Notes under the pieces: model-generated
The model's input: the letters and a program-made list of their open reading frames with translations, nothing else
Told to the model about the DNA's origin: nothing
The model's database searches: none
Made by a program: the position numbers and the translations under genes
DNA from: Raillietiella orientalis
Lineage: Eukaryota
Direction: 5' to 3'
Assembly (NCBI GenBank): GCA_036172245.1
Contig: JAYWIR010000010.1
Span: 3,100,001-3,164,000 of the forward strand
DNA: 64,000 nt
In this document: piece after piece, positions 23,801 through 37,430 of the stretch
Layout: every line of letters begins with the position of its first letter
How positions within the stretch are numbered: the stretch's first letter is position 1

Positions 23801-26800
23801 ACAAAGCAAAACTGCAATAGTTAATGATCACCATCACTTACATGGATTTCTAGCCCTATAATTTGCTTGTTATAAGAAATAAAACCATTCTAACATGGAT
23901 GTTTACTTTGTGCAGCGTTCAGATTCCACAAAAGAAACATGTTTTGGTTCATATTAATTCTTATTTAGTAAAATCAGTTTCAACAATTTTTCCTTATTCT
24001 GTATACATATAAGCAAATTCAAAATGCAATTTTTTTTATCACTTTTGTTCATACTGCACATTTCATATTTTTGATTCCTAGAAAAAAGAAAGACTGCAGT
24101 TGAAGAAATGTAATCATACATGGGGTGCATAAAGGGTTGGATTTCAATCATTAATCAGATATGTTTTTCCTTATTACCAATGATTTCTTAGAAAAGGGTT
24201 CCTAAATTTGATATTGAATGGTTGATATTGACCATTCAATTAATTTAATTTAAACCTACATTAGTAGTATTAACTCAAAAAAAAATTACTACACTATGTT
24301 CAGATCAAGATCTCAGAAAAACAGCTTTGAAATACTAAAAATTTGATCTAAAAATTTGCTAAAATATGCTGAAAATTTTAAATTTGTAATGAGATGCAGA
24401 AGTAAAAGAAACATGTTTTAGGGAAGTTGGTTTTGCTACACTAGTTCATAGGAGGTACCCAATGATTACTTTCAATTCCGAGGAAAGGGGAAAGTCTGCT
24501 GTTAGTGTTAAATGATCATGCATTTATAAGGCATAATATACAATTGTTCTTGTCCCTGTACCTTAAATTCGTATCATTTATTCAGCATCATCTTCATACA
24601 TTACATAAACATTGCACATTTTCATCTTTTTTGATGTGTTTTGAACAATTTCTTAGTCTGAAATTAATGATCTTCAACAAAGCATATGTTTTTTCATGTT
24701 GTACTCTTTGATAGGTTTGTAATACATTAAAATTCAGTTAGAAAATGCATAGCTGTGAAAAATTTGATGTATTCTTGAATTTTGGTTAAAAGACAATTGG
24801 TATTGCTGTTTTGAAATGTCATGTTTTTTCTTAAAATCCCAATAGTAAAACCTCCATATAAATTTTAGAAAGTGCAAAGAAATCTAATTGTTAAGTGGTA
24901 TTATGATGCATGTGTTGGTTTCATTTGAATGCGAAATGGGATTTCTAATCATAAAATGCATTTTCAGTGATGTTAATCTTGAATAAAGAAGCAAATAAAC
25001 TGCATATTAGATCTTACAAATTGTTTTTAAAACCACAATTGCAATTGGATTAAGTTACTTTTATAACAATGTAGATTATGTATTTTTCGTAATCATTGCA
25101 TTTTTTCCAACATCCAGATATAACGTTCTGGTTTGAAATAACATGCATACTTTGTTACTTTGTTTTTCATTCCATATTCTACAATCTTGTGATGCAATAG
25201 CTTCATGTTTTCTAAATGGTTTTCTTGACTTTATTTATTGTTATTACCCAGATTAGTGTTCTGCTGATTGCTAATTCATTTTTCAAGCTGCTTGATTATA
25301 GATACATATTCGTGCATTTTTCTTTCAGTAATCTATGCTTCTTGCTCTTCAGTTTTCAATGATTAAATATAAATAAATTAAAATGGAGAACTTGATGCTA
25401 TCGTAATTGTTCATTTGATTGTATTTAGTCAGATTTTTTGCAGCTGCAATTTGCTGGAAAATCATTATCTTAAGTGGTCTACTGTCATCATGCTCCTTTA
25501 AATAATAGTTACTATTTATGAACGAATTATTTCAGCAAGCTCAGTTCCTAATTTAATGGCCTATTTTAGAACTGCATTCTAGACAGGGATTCATGGTCAT
25601 ATTTTGCAGCTGTTTGTGTAACTACTCAAGGAATTGTTCTTTGTACTGTTTCCATACTTGTGCTATGTTAACCGGGTGGTTAATTGTTGTTTTCATTCCT
25701 TCATTCAAATGTATAGCTTTCTGTAATGCCCTGGAGTTTAGCTGTATATAAGTGCTTGCTGAACTTGCTTGCTGAACTTTTTTTTTTTTTTAAAAAAAAC
25801 AAGGATTTGTCTTGTAAATTCTAATTGTGGGTAGTGATTACTAAATTTTTTTGAAGTTGCACATTGAATTGTTCCTGTGTTTTAGTCCGCTAGTTTTTCT
25901 TTTTTTCTATTTCTTATGTCAATAATGAAGAATCTCGATTCCAGTATGGGCAAAGTGTTTATTTCATTTCAGTTAAAAGCTGTTAGGTTCTGAAATCGTA
26001 AGAAATTTCTTTACTAGAAAGGCACTATTTCATATCTTATTTTTTCAGAGGAACTCTTTATGGATTGTTCTGTTAACTGAACATTGCATAAAGTTGATTA
26101 AATTATCGATTCAATATTCATTTTTCTTAGCATGAGGTTTCAATTCATGTATCATTTATTAGAAAGTGTGTTATTAATATCATTTTGATGGATTTTTATT
26201 TTTCAAGGAGATGCTTCAAGTGATGATTAACAGAAATCCAAAACATAGAATGACAGCTGATGAATATCTTAGTAAATATAAGGAAACAGTTTTTCCATCC
26301 TACTTTTACAATTTCATGTGGGATTATGTTAAACAATATTCATTTGCCTCCTCTGTGTCAACTGATGATATGATAGAGAACCTAAGTAGAGATTTTACTG
26401 GAATATGCAAGATTTTTGGAGTTGATGAATGTGTCAATTCCATGCCCACGAAAGAAATAAAAAATGACAGTCAAAAGCACCATCCTGGATTCGTTTTGAT
26501 TGCATCATTAGTAGCTTCATTTCTTAGGTAAAATGTATTCATAACATAGCTATCCATTCCATTATAAGCATTCCTGCTCTAACTCAGTATGATTCAAAGC
26601 TTTCAAATCACTCTTTCCAACTTTCCACAAGAAGCAATTGCTGAAGACCTCATTTTTTAAAATTTGTCTTCATTTCAACATCAGAGAGTACTTTCTGCTC
26701 TTTATTTCTGTTGCTTTTTTCCACTTTTTATGCCCAATATAACCAACTTTATGTTTGTTGATATAAATTTTCTTCATTAGTGCTTGTTGGCATTGCTTTA

Positions 26801-29800
26801 CAGCATCTAAACAAAATAATCTCTATGAGTCAAGAGATACTCAAGAATATTTAAAAGTAGGCCAATGTGCCCTACTGGATTCATGTCTTCATCATACTAT
26901 TTATTTTCTAGTTTTGTTGTTTCCTGTGGCTTGTAAATGGTTTACATATGCTTGTTTATTTCATTAAAGCAAAATGGTGCACTCCCCAAAGACCTCATAT
27001 TTTGGTCATTATTGTTGAATATCTTTGTTTTCTTAAGGCTTGCTAATGTCTTCCATCTCCGATTTTGATCTTATTCTCTTGTGGCTTGTAGCTCTTTGGT
27101 CAAATTCAGTTTGTTTGAAATGTAAGTGATGATTCACTTATGAAAGGATGAATTGTATGCCTTCCAACCACCCAGAAAAAATGCGATCAAATCGCCAAAA
27201 AATCTCCCATTTTATTGATATGCAGACATAACTGTTTTAATATTCATGCTTTCAAAATATGATTTTATGTACATATGTTTTTCTTAGAGTTTGTAAATCA
27301 GTTCGGGCAAAATTACAAACACTTGAACTCCTAGAAACACTTTCTTTTTATTTAGATGATGAACTTATATTAGATCGCATCTTACCATACATTGTAAGTA
27401 TCTGAGTTGTTTCACATTACTTGAAATAATTATAACATTTTAGTTGCACTGTGTCAAAGATTGCCATCCTAAAATACGATGCAAGGCCATTCACACTGCA
27501 ACTTCATGTTTACAGTGTGTTCAGCAGGTTCCCAAAGCTGATAAACATATATTTCCAGAATACATTTTTCCAATAATTCAGCAGGTAAACAATAAAAATC
27601 TAATTTGCACTTACAATAAATTTCGAGTTGTTTATTAATTTTTTTTTTAGTTAGTTTCAGATGAAGCAGTGATTGTGAGAGCTGAACTAGCTGCTTGCCT
27701 TGGGAAACTTGCTGAAAAATCTTTCAAGTGAGTAACAGATTTATTTATTTGTTCTTAAAGATGCAGCTTTTATTTTTAAGATTTTTTATTCAAACCCAAT
27801 TGGATCCTTCTGGAAGTGACGCAGAAAGTGCTTATTGTGAATTGGAAAGGCTTACTCTTGAAAATATAGTCAAAAATCAAGTTTGTGCAATGCTTTGTGA
27901 TCCAGATAATTATGTGAAACAAGTTCTTTTAGAAAAATCTGCCCTTAAGTTATGCAGTTTTTTTGGTAAACTAAAAGGTAAACCTGTGAGCAAAATTGTA
28001 TTCATCGTTAAGACTGGGTACTTTCTTTAGCTAACGATATAATTTTGTCACATGTAGTGTGTTTCTTGAATGATAAAGAAGATAAAAATCTACGGATGTC
28101 ATTTTTCGAACATATTGTTGGTGTGGCTGCATTCATAGGTTCTCATTCCTCGTCTGTGCTGAAACCTCTTCTATTACAGGTATGTTGCTCTTGGTGCAGC
28201 AGTAATTTCAGTTCTCAAGTGCTTATAAGTAATTTTTTGAAAAATTAATGGATTGTAGATATTTTAGCTGTTTTGAAATAAATATAGTGTTCGAATTTGT
28301 GATAAGATTATCCAAAGGAGATTGCATTATTGGAAATATATATTGTTTGATATGTTACAATTGCTCAGAACAAGCTTTTACCGTTAATAAAAAATCTGTC
28401 AAGAAAACTTTAACTTTAATGAGGAAGCTATTTAAAAAATACTATTAATGGCAAACAAGAAAGCCAAGTAAACGAAAATCATGGAAACATATTTACAAAG
28501 TAGCCATAAAAACAGATTTTGATAATGATAATTTAGTGCTTCAAAAAAATATTTTTTTAAAAATGAGATCTGAATTATCGGCATCAAATATTGTATGAAG
28601 CGAAAATTATATGATAGAGGTGTGTACTTTGGCCACCTTTAAATGCTGGATCCTGTTTAAACTTGTAGTTCAAAATTGGTTGAATAATGTGCCAAAGTGA
28701 ATAGAAATCCATTTGATAAAAGAATAATTTCTTGTTAAAACTTTCAGGGATTAAATGATAATGAAGAATTTATTATTTTTAAAGCTCTAAATGCAATTAG
28801 CATACTGATCAGTGTGGGAGTTTTACAAAAACAAGCTGTCTTTGAAATGGTTCATCAAGCAGTTTCTTTAATTCTTCATCCCAATCTTTGGATTAGGCAG
28901 GTAACCGATAAACGTATAGTTGATCAACTTAACCATTTGAAATCTTAGGCTGTGGTTGAATTGGTTGTGAATTCCTATAAAAGTGTTGACATTATTGATG
29001 GTCAGTGCAAAATCGTACCTGTGGTAGCTACATTTCTCTCTCAGAAACTTATCCAGCTTAATAATAGAGTGAGTTTTTCTCATTGTTTGTATATTTGTAG
29101 GTCCAATACTCAAATTTTACATCAAATTAATATTCCTCCAAGATAATATAAAATAAATTGCTTTTAATTTATATATCAAATTAATTTTTCTCAAGGTAAA
29201 GTAATGTTTCTAACTCTTGTGGTTGAATGCAGGGAATGCATGTGAAAACAATATTTTTAAATATTGCTAATGAAATACTATTTGTACCAGTTAAAATATT
29301 CTGGATGTTTTTAGATTTTTTTATACAATGCTTTGAAAGAACCGTTGTTGAGAAATATCCATGATATAATTTTGCGAACATCAGATGCCGAAGTTTTTTT
29401 TTCTTATCTTGAAAAGAAACAAAACCTGGAAATGTTGAAATGCAACCAATTTTCTTTTGAAAAGGAAGCAAGCTTAAACAATGTACATTGTGTAAGTGCA
29501 CCATGGTAATTTGTACTATAATTCAGGTGTTAGCATTGGTTTCATTGAGTATTATGAATGCAGTAGTTTAGACAAGAAAGCGTTCTTACTGTTTGAGTCT
29601 CCATTTTTCTTCCATGCATCATGGCAATTGGAGTACACCAAGCATTAGCATTTTGCCATGATGTTTTCCTTAGAACGTTTCTCCTTGTAAATTTGAAAAT
29701 TTTTCATTATGTGCAGCAAAAGGTGTAAAAGGTTTTTTGGAACATCTTAAAAAAATTTGTCACGAGTGCCTTTGCATAATAAGGAAGAAAATCTTCTGCA

Positions 29801-32800
29801 GTGATTTCGTTTGTTAGTCTTCATTTAGTTTCTCACATAATTTATGTTCCACTATCATGGACTTATTCATTGTTTTCTTCCATAGTGCATATTTAAAAAT
29901 CTAGGGATATTGAACAGATATTCATTTCATTTGAATTAGAAAGTCATTTAATAAATGAAAACCTATTTTCGCATGCCTGTTAGTCTGAACAAGAACTATT
30001 CTGATTTCTTATCTGCATTTCTGATGAAAGACAAGGGGCAGTGATGTTCTTGGGACTGGGATTTTTTGGAATTCTATGATTTGCAGTACTTATAACGAAA
30101 TAACTGAAATAAGAAATGTTTGCATAAAATAATTATACTTTTATGTTTCTGCCTTTAATTTCATGTTCTGCATTCATGTGTGCACCCACTGTGTCTAATT
30201 TAATTATTTGATTGAAGTTCTTGATTTTTTTTGTGTACTTGCAAGTTTTTTCTTTCTCCAAGCTGTATGCCAGACTGTGTTCAGAAGGACTAAAGGAGGA
30301 ATCGGAATACTTATTATTGAGAATGAAAAATTACTTCATTAGAACTCAAAAGTGTTTTCACATATGTAAAGCTCAGACACTTGCATTTTCTTCTTCTGGA
30401 ATTGTAAGTATTACTTCGATCTAAATTCTGATTCCAAAAAATAAACTCTGAATAGCTGTTTTGATTAAATTGATCACTAAATGAATGAATCTTAAATGTT
30501 TAAATTATTGACCTTGTTGGCCCTAAAGTTTTGGAGTTTCATGTTCTTTATTTTCATGATACATTTGTTCCAATGCCATAATTTATTTTATTACCTCCAA
30601 GATATTACTACATTCAGATTGTTTCTTTTCTTCCGATTTCTGATGTTTCTGGGAGGAAAAAAAAATTATCAAAAATCACCTGCTAGTAAATAAAGCAGTT
30701 TTTGTACTTTGTCTCTTAAATTTCTGAAAACCTAGCAAACGATCCAGTCATTGTTTAGATCATCATTCAATTCTCAAATTATCTTTCTTGGAATCCACCC
30801 CCCCATGTTGAAAAGATGAAGGCTTAGACTGAATTTTTAATTCGTATGCAGTTTCTTTGCAAATGCTTAAACAGCGAAATTCTTGAACTATGTTCAGATC
30901 GGTTTTATTCTTTCACTTGATGACTCAGTAGGGAGATTGAAAAATTTGTTTTCAAGTTTCTTTGTTTTCATATTAAAAATTTTGCTTATGTATGACGAAA
31001 CCAATCGGATATGTGGCCCATCTGTCATCAAAAAAATACTATCAGTTTAGATAACCATGCAAACCCGGAACTACACAAATATTAACTTTTGAATAATTTC
31101 CATGGTTTTCAAATTGAATAGGTTTACTGAAAACAGCAAGTGCTTAATTATGTATGTTTTTCAGATTGATCTCAAAGGTTGCAGTGCAAACTGCAAATAC
31201 ATAGATTTAAGGGAATTTTGTAATGCTGAAAGTGCTGATCATGAAAGGTAAAAAGATTTTCTTTAATTTTTTACTCAGCATAATTTTCAGAAAAGAAAAT
31301 AGTCAAAGTTTCCAGTCTTCCTTGGAGAATTTGGGAAATAATTTTTCTGCTTCAGAAAGCATGGCCAAAAAAGCAACAGAAATAGTCAATAAGGATGCTT
31401 TATTTGGTTCAAGTAAAAATGCCAAGCAAAGGTACTGTAATTTAATACTTGAATCTGGAGATTCTTTCAGACTTAAAATTTATACTGAAGCATGTTTCAC
31501 CTGATCTGTCTCAAATTGATTCTGAAGATTCATCTTTGTTTAATTGCATTATTGCATCTTTGAGAATTTTTCATGAATCCATCATCATTTTTTAACTGTA
31601 AATTTAAAATACTCTAGCTATTTTGCAGAATTTCCATTAAATCTTTGGCATCTTAAAAGCTACTTATTTTCCTTTATGAATATTTTAGTATTCTTGTAAG
31701 ATGAGTTCAATTCAGGGAATTTAGATTTGAATATAATTTTATTATATCTAGTCCAGAATACTTAAAATTGTACAATTGTCTTTTGTTTTTAGTGTGCCTT
31801 TATACAGTAGTCCTGGAACATTGAAAATCGAAAATGCAGGTATAGAATAAACTTAGTTTTGAAATATTAATTAGTATAATGTTGTGAATTGTTAAAGAAA
31901 GCCACATATCTTCCAAGTTGACCCTTTATAACCTTGCTCTCAAGAAAGGTAATTTGTATGCCCAAGAATTGAAGGCAAAAGAAAACTTGAAAAATAACCT
32001 GTGTAAAAGAGAATCATCTTCTGGAATCTGGAAACCATTAAGTTGCTTAGTTGCTCATTTGCATGAGCATTCAGGAGCTGTCAGTAGGTAAATCATCAAA
32101 CATGCTGTAAAGGTTTTGGTAGAGAAATACTGCTTAAATATTTGATGTAAAGTGCACTAGTGTTCTGACAAGTATATTGTCTGATTATTGTACACTTTGC
32201 ATGGGATTAACAGTTAATAATAAGGTCTAATAAGCTCTCTAATGTACTACCTTGATTATAACTGCTTAAACTGTAATTAATATTCATGGTAAAAATTAAA
32301 TATTCATGGCTGTTTTCAACTACTATTTTGTGAAACTTGGATATTCCCATGCACTCCTTAATTGAATAATTCACATCTACTTCTGCATGATTACACAGCA
32401 TTATGTGCAGGTCACAGGTCTTTAGTTGGAAAGAATCTGTACAATTTTTAGGCAAAAATCATGTTGTTTTTTGTGTTACTGTTGAATTTCTCATGTCAAA
32501 TCGGAAAACTACATCATGCACATGATGATTTGTTTGAATAAATCAAAGACTGGTTATTTTAAATTATGTAATGTTTCAAAAGCATTAGATCACTGAAGCA
32601 ATTTTCAACTATGTCAGGATTGTTCCATTTCCGAAAACAACACTGATGGCATCTGGTAGTGCGGATGGATGGGTTCGAATCTGGAATTATGGTGAAATGG
32701 GAGGCAGAAGTGTTCTGAATAGATCAAAAGAAGCTTATAAGATTGATGATGGGGAAATAACTGCACTTGCACCCTTGCACGATTCATCTGGCTTTGTATA

Positions 32801-35800
32801 TTCATCAAATAAAGGAAAAATCAAAGCTATCAAGTAGATATGAACGCTTTATTAAAATTTTTATTGGTTTTATTTCAGAATGGATCGTGATCCAAAGTTT
32901 TCTGTTGGTACATCTCGCGAGTTAGATGTAGATTTGGAAGGATATGCAAATGAATTGTGCTTTGCTCCTGTTGGATCTAGTCATATGTTAATTTATTCGA
33001 CTGTTCATGGAAATATTGTTGGCTGGGATTTTAGATCCCCACAGCATTGCTGGGTTATGAACAATACCTCCAAGAAAGGTATGCTTGAAATAGTGGCTCG
33101 TTTTTTTTTTTAATTAAGAGTTCATCGTTTTTCAAAATGTGAAGTAGATAAACCATAGATTAAACCATAGATTAAACGGTATTAGAACATATTGTTCATT
33201 GTGAATCTCTAGAATCTTTTACAACAATTCAAAGCATATTCATTTCGTCTTGTCTTCTTTTGGTATCCAGAATTTAAATATAACTGAGTCTTTGAGTTCT
33301 TATATTTTTCTTTGGGTTTCTTCTCTTTTATTTCTTATGTATATTTTCTGAATATCATTTCACTACTGCAATTCAGATGTATGTTTCATTCTGGATTGTG
33401 CTCTTCTTTTATGAAACTTATAATCACTTGCTATTTGGTCGATTAGCTCTTTGAGGACATTTGCATTGGAAACACAAGATGTTAAATTGATAAGCATGTC
33501 ATTAGTTTTACTAGAACAGGACTGGAGCCTAAGTATTAATTTCTATTCTTTAAAGGAATTATCACTGCCATGTGTTCTTCAAAAACCCGGAATTGGATTG
33601 TAAGTGGCACGAGCAGAGGCATTTTGACTTGTTATGATTTGAGATTCCTTCTTCCAATAACAACTGTTAATCATTCCACAGGTATGCTTTACTTTGCTTC
33701 AAGCTTATCGGTAAGATCTTTTCATTTAAGATAGATAAACTGGCGAGTGTGTTTATCGCGAATTTTGTACAGCTTGAAAACCTCTCCTTAGCACGAATCG
33801 TTCTTTTGACTTGATGAAGTAATCACTGCTTGACAAAAGTTATAATGCGTTTCGATTCTCAGCCACACATATTTATATTTGAATATGTAATATAGGTTCG
33901 AGTGTTTTGAATCAATCATATGTGATCAAAAATTTCAGAAGTATATAGCCATGTCAGGGAATCAATTATAATATTCTTAGTGCAGCATAACGATTAATTT
34001 TTTCTTTTTTTTTTGTTTCGAAAAGTTTGGATCTGCATCCCCGCTTCATAATGAGCAAGTTTCCCTTATTCGATTACTTTGATTTTGTCATCATCATTCA
34101 CTGTATCACTGTACTTAAAAAAATGTTTTAGCCTAATTTTTGTTGTGAAATTTCAATGAATTGAATCCTTGCTATTATGATATGCAGTATATCCTACCGA
34201 GCTGAATTGCAGCATAATAACTAATCTATGAAAGCCGTTCCGTAATAACCCTCAAGAGAAGCTTGGCTTAGTTTTTAGGTTCCGTTGTTTCCCACCCGGG
34301 TGCCCCGGGGCGTTTATTTCTAAACTATCCAGGAACAGCGTTCCCGGATAAGGGACACAGAAGAAACGAAGGGGGCGATCCCCGACATGCAGGTCGGTAA
34401 ACCGAAATTCCGGAACGGGAGGAAGAGGACCACAAATACACATATAAAAAATAGAAATAAAGATACGGAGAGGGTAGGGGACAGGGATCTTAGGTTCCGT
34501 TGTGATGGTCAAACAGCCATCAATGCTGATTGGATTACGCTTCCCGTTTTTCCCGACTAAAAGGACAAAAGCTCGCAGTGTTTGCGTGCTAACCGTGTTG
34601 ATGTCGTTTTCTAACTGCAGTTGGTGCTTGCCCGTGTAACTTTGGAATCGGGGTATGCGAGGTCACGGCTTGCTCATGGGTTGCATTCTGTGATTACGGC
34701 AGATGCATTTCCCGTGTGCTCATCGTGTTCATCTTTTAGCTTCCACCTTTTCTCATTTCACGTGCATTCAGTGCACGGTTTCGTCTCGATGTGAGTTCAT
34801 TTCATTCTTATTCAATACGCACGTTTCCCCCCCCCCCCCTTTTTTTTTATCTTGTACCCGTCAGACTTCCTTGGTGTTTTGGGAAAGGTTGCTTGTTAGC
34901 TACATCTCACAAACATGAAAACTAGACATCTCTTCAAAAAAAGAAAAAAAGCAAAGCAAAACAATTGAGCGTTTCTCACGGGCACACTTCAGTTGTATCC
35001 TCTTTGGAATTTCCACTTTTCGTGTCTCTATTCTCGATCGTCTTCTTAGAAGGGTTCCGTTCTTATCCGCAAGTCTCGTGTTGTGGCTGAAGACTTCGCA
35101 GCTTCGCGCGCATAAGATCATTTTTCATGAATGTTGCTTTATACAGTCCCCTTTGCGACGATATGGATTTCAAACATGCAATATTTTTTAAAGAAGCACG
35201 TGTACGCAGATTAATCCATCATCCCGAAGAGTCATCCTGTGTGTTTGCCTCCTTCCAAGGAAATAATGAAATAGCTTTGATCAACCTGGAGAATGAGGCC
35301 TATCAGCGGACACTGTGGGCAAGCGAAACGCCAGCTCTGTCCAGGACGAAAGTAAGGAAGCACTTGTGTACGATCCATATGTGTTTAACTGTTTTTTTTT
35401 TTTTTTTTTTGTGCCTTCCGAAAGAGATCGATCCATTCCGTTCAAGCACTTTACGTTCACAAATCCAAACCACTGTATCTGATATCGGGAGGCACGGATT
35501 CAAAGATCAGGTTTTGGGATATGGCATCAGCTGACCGATCGTTTGTGTTTTCTCCGCCGCACTCCCGGAATATTCAGTACAAATACCAGTATGTACCTTC
35601 CGCAGTTTTGAATCAATGTGCTCTGATTGCCATGCCCAGTACTCAGCTGATTGACGGTATACTCGTCACCCGAGAACAGATTTCGAAGCGTCGGTTAGCC
35701 ACCGACGAAAGCAAATATTCAACCTATACAAACCTCGTTCTTTCCCCCGAGCACCACGACTCGATTACGGACATCATAATAGTGAGAGCCTCCCAAGAAC

Positions 35801-35853
35801 TTCTCATCAGTGGATCTGCTGATGGGGTAATCAAAGTATGGAAGTCACCGTGA
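20873..35853 (+). CDS. PIK3R4: Phosphoinositide 3-kinase regulatory subunit 4 (Vps15/p150), 27 coding exons, about 1317 aa
   Basis: Exons: 20873-20964, 21077-21201, 21367-21422, 21471-21620, 21701-21873, 21950-22060, 22198-22324, 26208-26527, 27288-27393, 27444-27584, 27651-27727, 27781-27977, 28031-28179, 28748-28900, 28949-29068, 29315-29491, 30263-30403, 31165-31247, 31291-31431, 31793-31839, 31898-32087, 32618-32833, 32879-33078, 33556-33681, 35194-35351, 35425-35588, 35640-35853. The sum is 3954 nt, with GT-AG introns and consistent phases. Diagnostic peptides: [14 protein letters not shown] (myristoylation Gly2), [74 protein letters not shown]...DGVIKVWK. Linker exons 16-21 are the least certain. 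Confidence 0.96.
34275..34503 (-). mobile_element. About 200-bp LINE 3'-end insertion in VPS15 intron 24 with a 14-bp target-site duplication
   Basis: 34284-34485 aligns with 1984-2185 (shared GTTGTTTCCCACCCGGGTGC, GCGTTTATTTCTAAACTATCC, CAGGTCGGTAAA, TCCGGAACGGGAGG, CATATAAAAAATA, TAGGGGACAGG). TTAGGTTCCGTTGT is repeated directly at 34275-34288 and 34490-34503. Confidence 0.85.
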
Positions 35854-35981
35854 TTCAAGAACTGGTGTGCAATTTTTCATATTCTTTTCGAGAACCTCAG
35901 TGACATCAGTGGTGCATCCATGCAAGAAACGCTTGAACTCTCGTATTCGAGGTTTTTTCTTTTCTTTTTTCTTTTCCTTTA

Positions 35982-35987
35982 AATAAA
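35982..35987 (+). promoter_or_regulatory. Candidate polyadenylation signal of VPS15
   Basis: AATAAA about 130 nt downstream of the TGA stop, after a T-rich stretch. Confidence 0.45.
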
Positions 35988-36799
35988 GATACGTAAAAGC
36001 TTTCCCATGCCGCGGAAATTTCATCCGTTGCTGCTCAATTGCTGCTGCATTCGTGCTGATTTTCACGTTTCTTTTCTTAATTTGTACAGTGCTCACAGGA
36101 GTGAAGTCAGGTGCCAGGAAACATAAAAGAAATGAGTCTATAAAGGAAAACAGCCACCCACTTCTCTTTAACTGGTGCGCGTTTTATGTCCTAATATAAA
36201 GAAGATTTAACGAGAGGAGTGTTTTAACGATCAGCCGTCCGTTAAAAGTGCCACATAGAGCAAAGCAAAGCGCCTCTTTGGTCTTCCAACGATGTTAGAA
36301 ACGATGTTCAAGGAGGGCTGTCACTCACCAGGATTGCAAATCGTTTGTAATAAGAGTGGATGAGAAGTCTTTTTGCCATTTTTAGTTTGATACGGAAATC
36401 GAATCTGTGTCCTCGAGCATTTCTCGCGACGAGATCTCTTCGTTTCTGTTCATCTTTTTCAGGACCACAGACTCATAGTCCTCTCATCACTGCTTAGGTG
36501 GATTGCTTGTTTTGCATGGCGGTGCATCCTTCGCCTTGCACTTTTTGGTTGCAAGGAAAGAATTTAAGTCTTCGGGCGGCGTATAAATCTATTTCGCGGT
36601 TGGACCTTTTGCGTCGAGGTGTTTCGTTTTCAGAAACTTCTGATTCGTGGGTGGGCATTACATTTGAAAATCACCGAAGGCTATTCCAAGGATCCATTTC
36701 GTAGAGTGTTCCTGCGGACTGGACGCAGGCTATCTCCCTACGGGACTCGGTTTTCTTCCTCCTCCCCGTGGAACTTTCAGTCATTTTGATTTCCTCCCC

Positions 36800-37430
36800 T
36801 ATTGTTTGGCTCTTCGTTTTTTTCTTTTGTCTGAGGAATTCTCCTCCTCATTGGTACCTTTAATTCTGTCTCATCGCAAATTCGCTTCACATTGCTGTTT
36901 CATCTTTAGAATTCAGACTTTTCACCAACTGGAAAAACTGGAAAGTTATAGTTCAGATCAAATTTGGGAAGCCGAATACAGTGCTTTCCTCGATACATCC
37001 TTATTTGTAATCATTGTGCAGTCCATGCCTGTTAATAAAAATATGTGTTTTCTGGATACGGTTTTCCATTTCATCCAGTTATCAGTGTGCTTGTCGATCA
37101 TCTCTGCGCTTAAACTGTAATCGATTATGTTGAGATTTTTTGATAGTGAGTGTCAGTCGTATCAATAAGCGATTTTATTACTCGGCCTCTGAAAGCATTC
37201 GATCATTTCTTCCAACAAGTTCCTTGTATCCGTATTCGTTATTCACGAATACAGGTACAGGAGACTTGTCGGAAGTCGTACACGCCCCCATACAGATGCT
37301 TTATTCACTGCTTTAATGAGAGGCAGTTCTTTGATTTCCCTCTCTTCAGATTCCTAATCTTTTCAACTGACTTCTCTATTAAAGCATCGCCAGCTGGGAA
37401 TCTTCCCCACTGGTTCTGCTTTGTCTAAAT
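36800..37430 (-). mobile_element. Very degenerate LINE RT relic
   Basis: Minus-strand GVYDFRQVSCTCI resembles xxxNYRPISLT; the surrounding frames are disrupted. Confidence 0.25.

Noticed and set aside
22325..26207. Nested gene or snoRNA in the 3.9-kb VPS15 intron 7
   Set aside because: Only short AT-rich ORFs; no convincing C/D or H/ACA architecture by eye.
33150..33177. Short tandem duplications (AAACCATAGATT x2; also near 6340, 25753, 38807) and a 10-bp hairpin at 24213-24240
   Set aside because: Typical slippage-scale events in AT-rich DNA with no sign of function.
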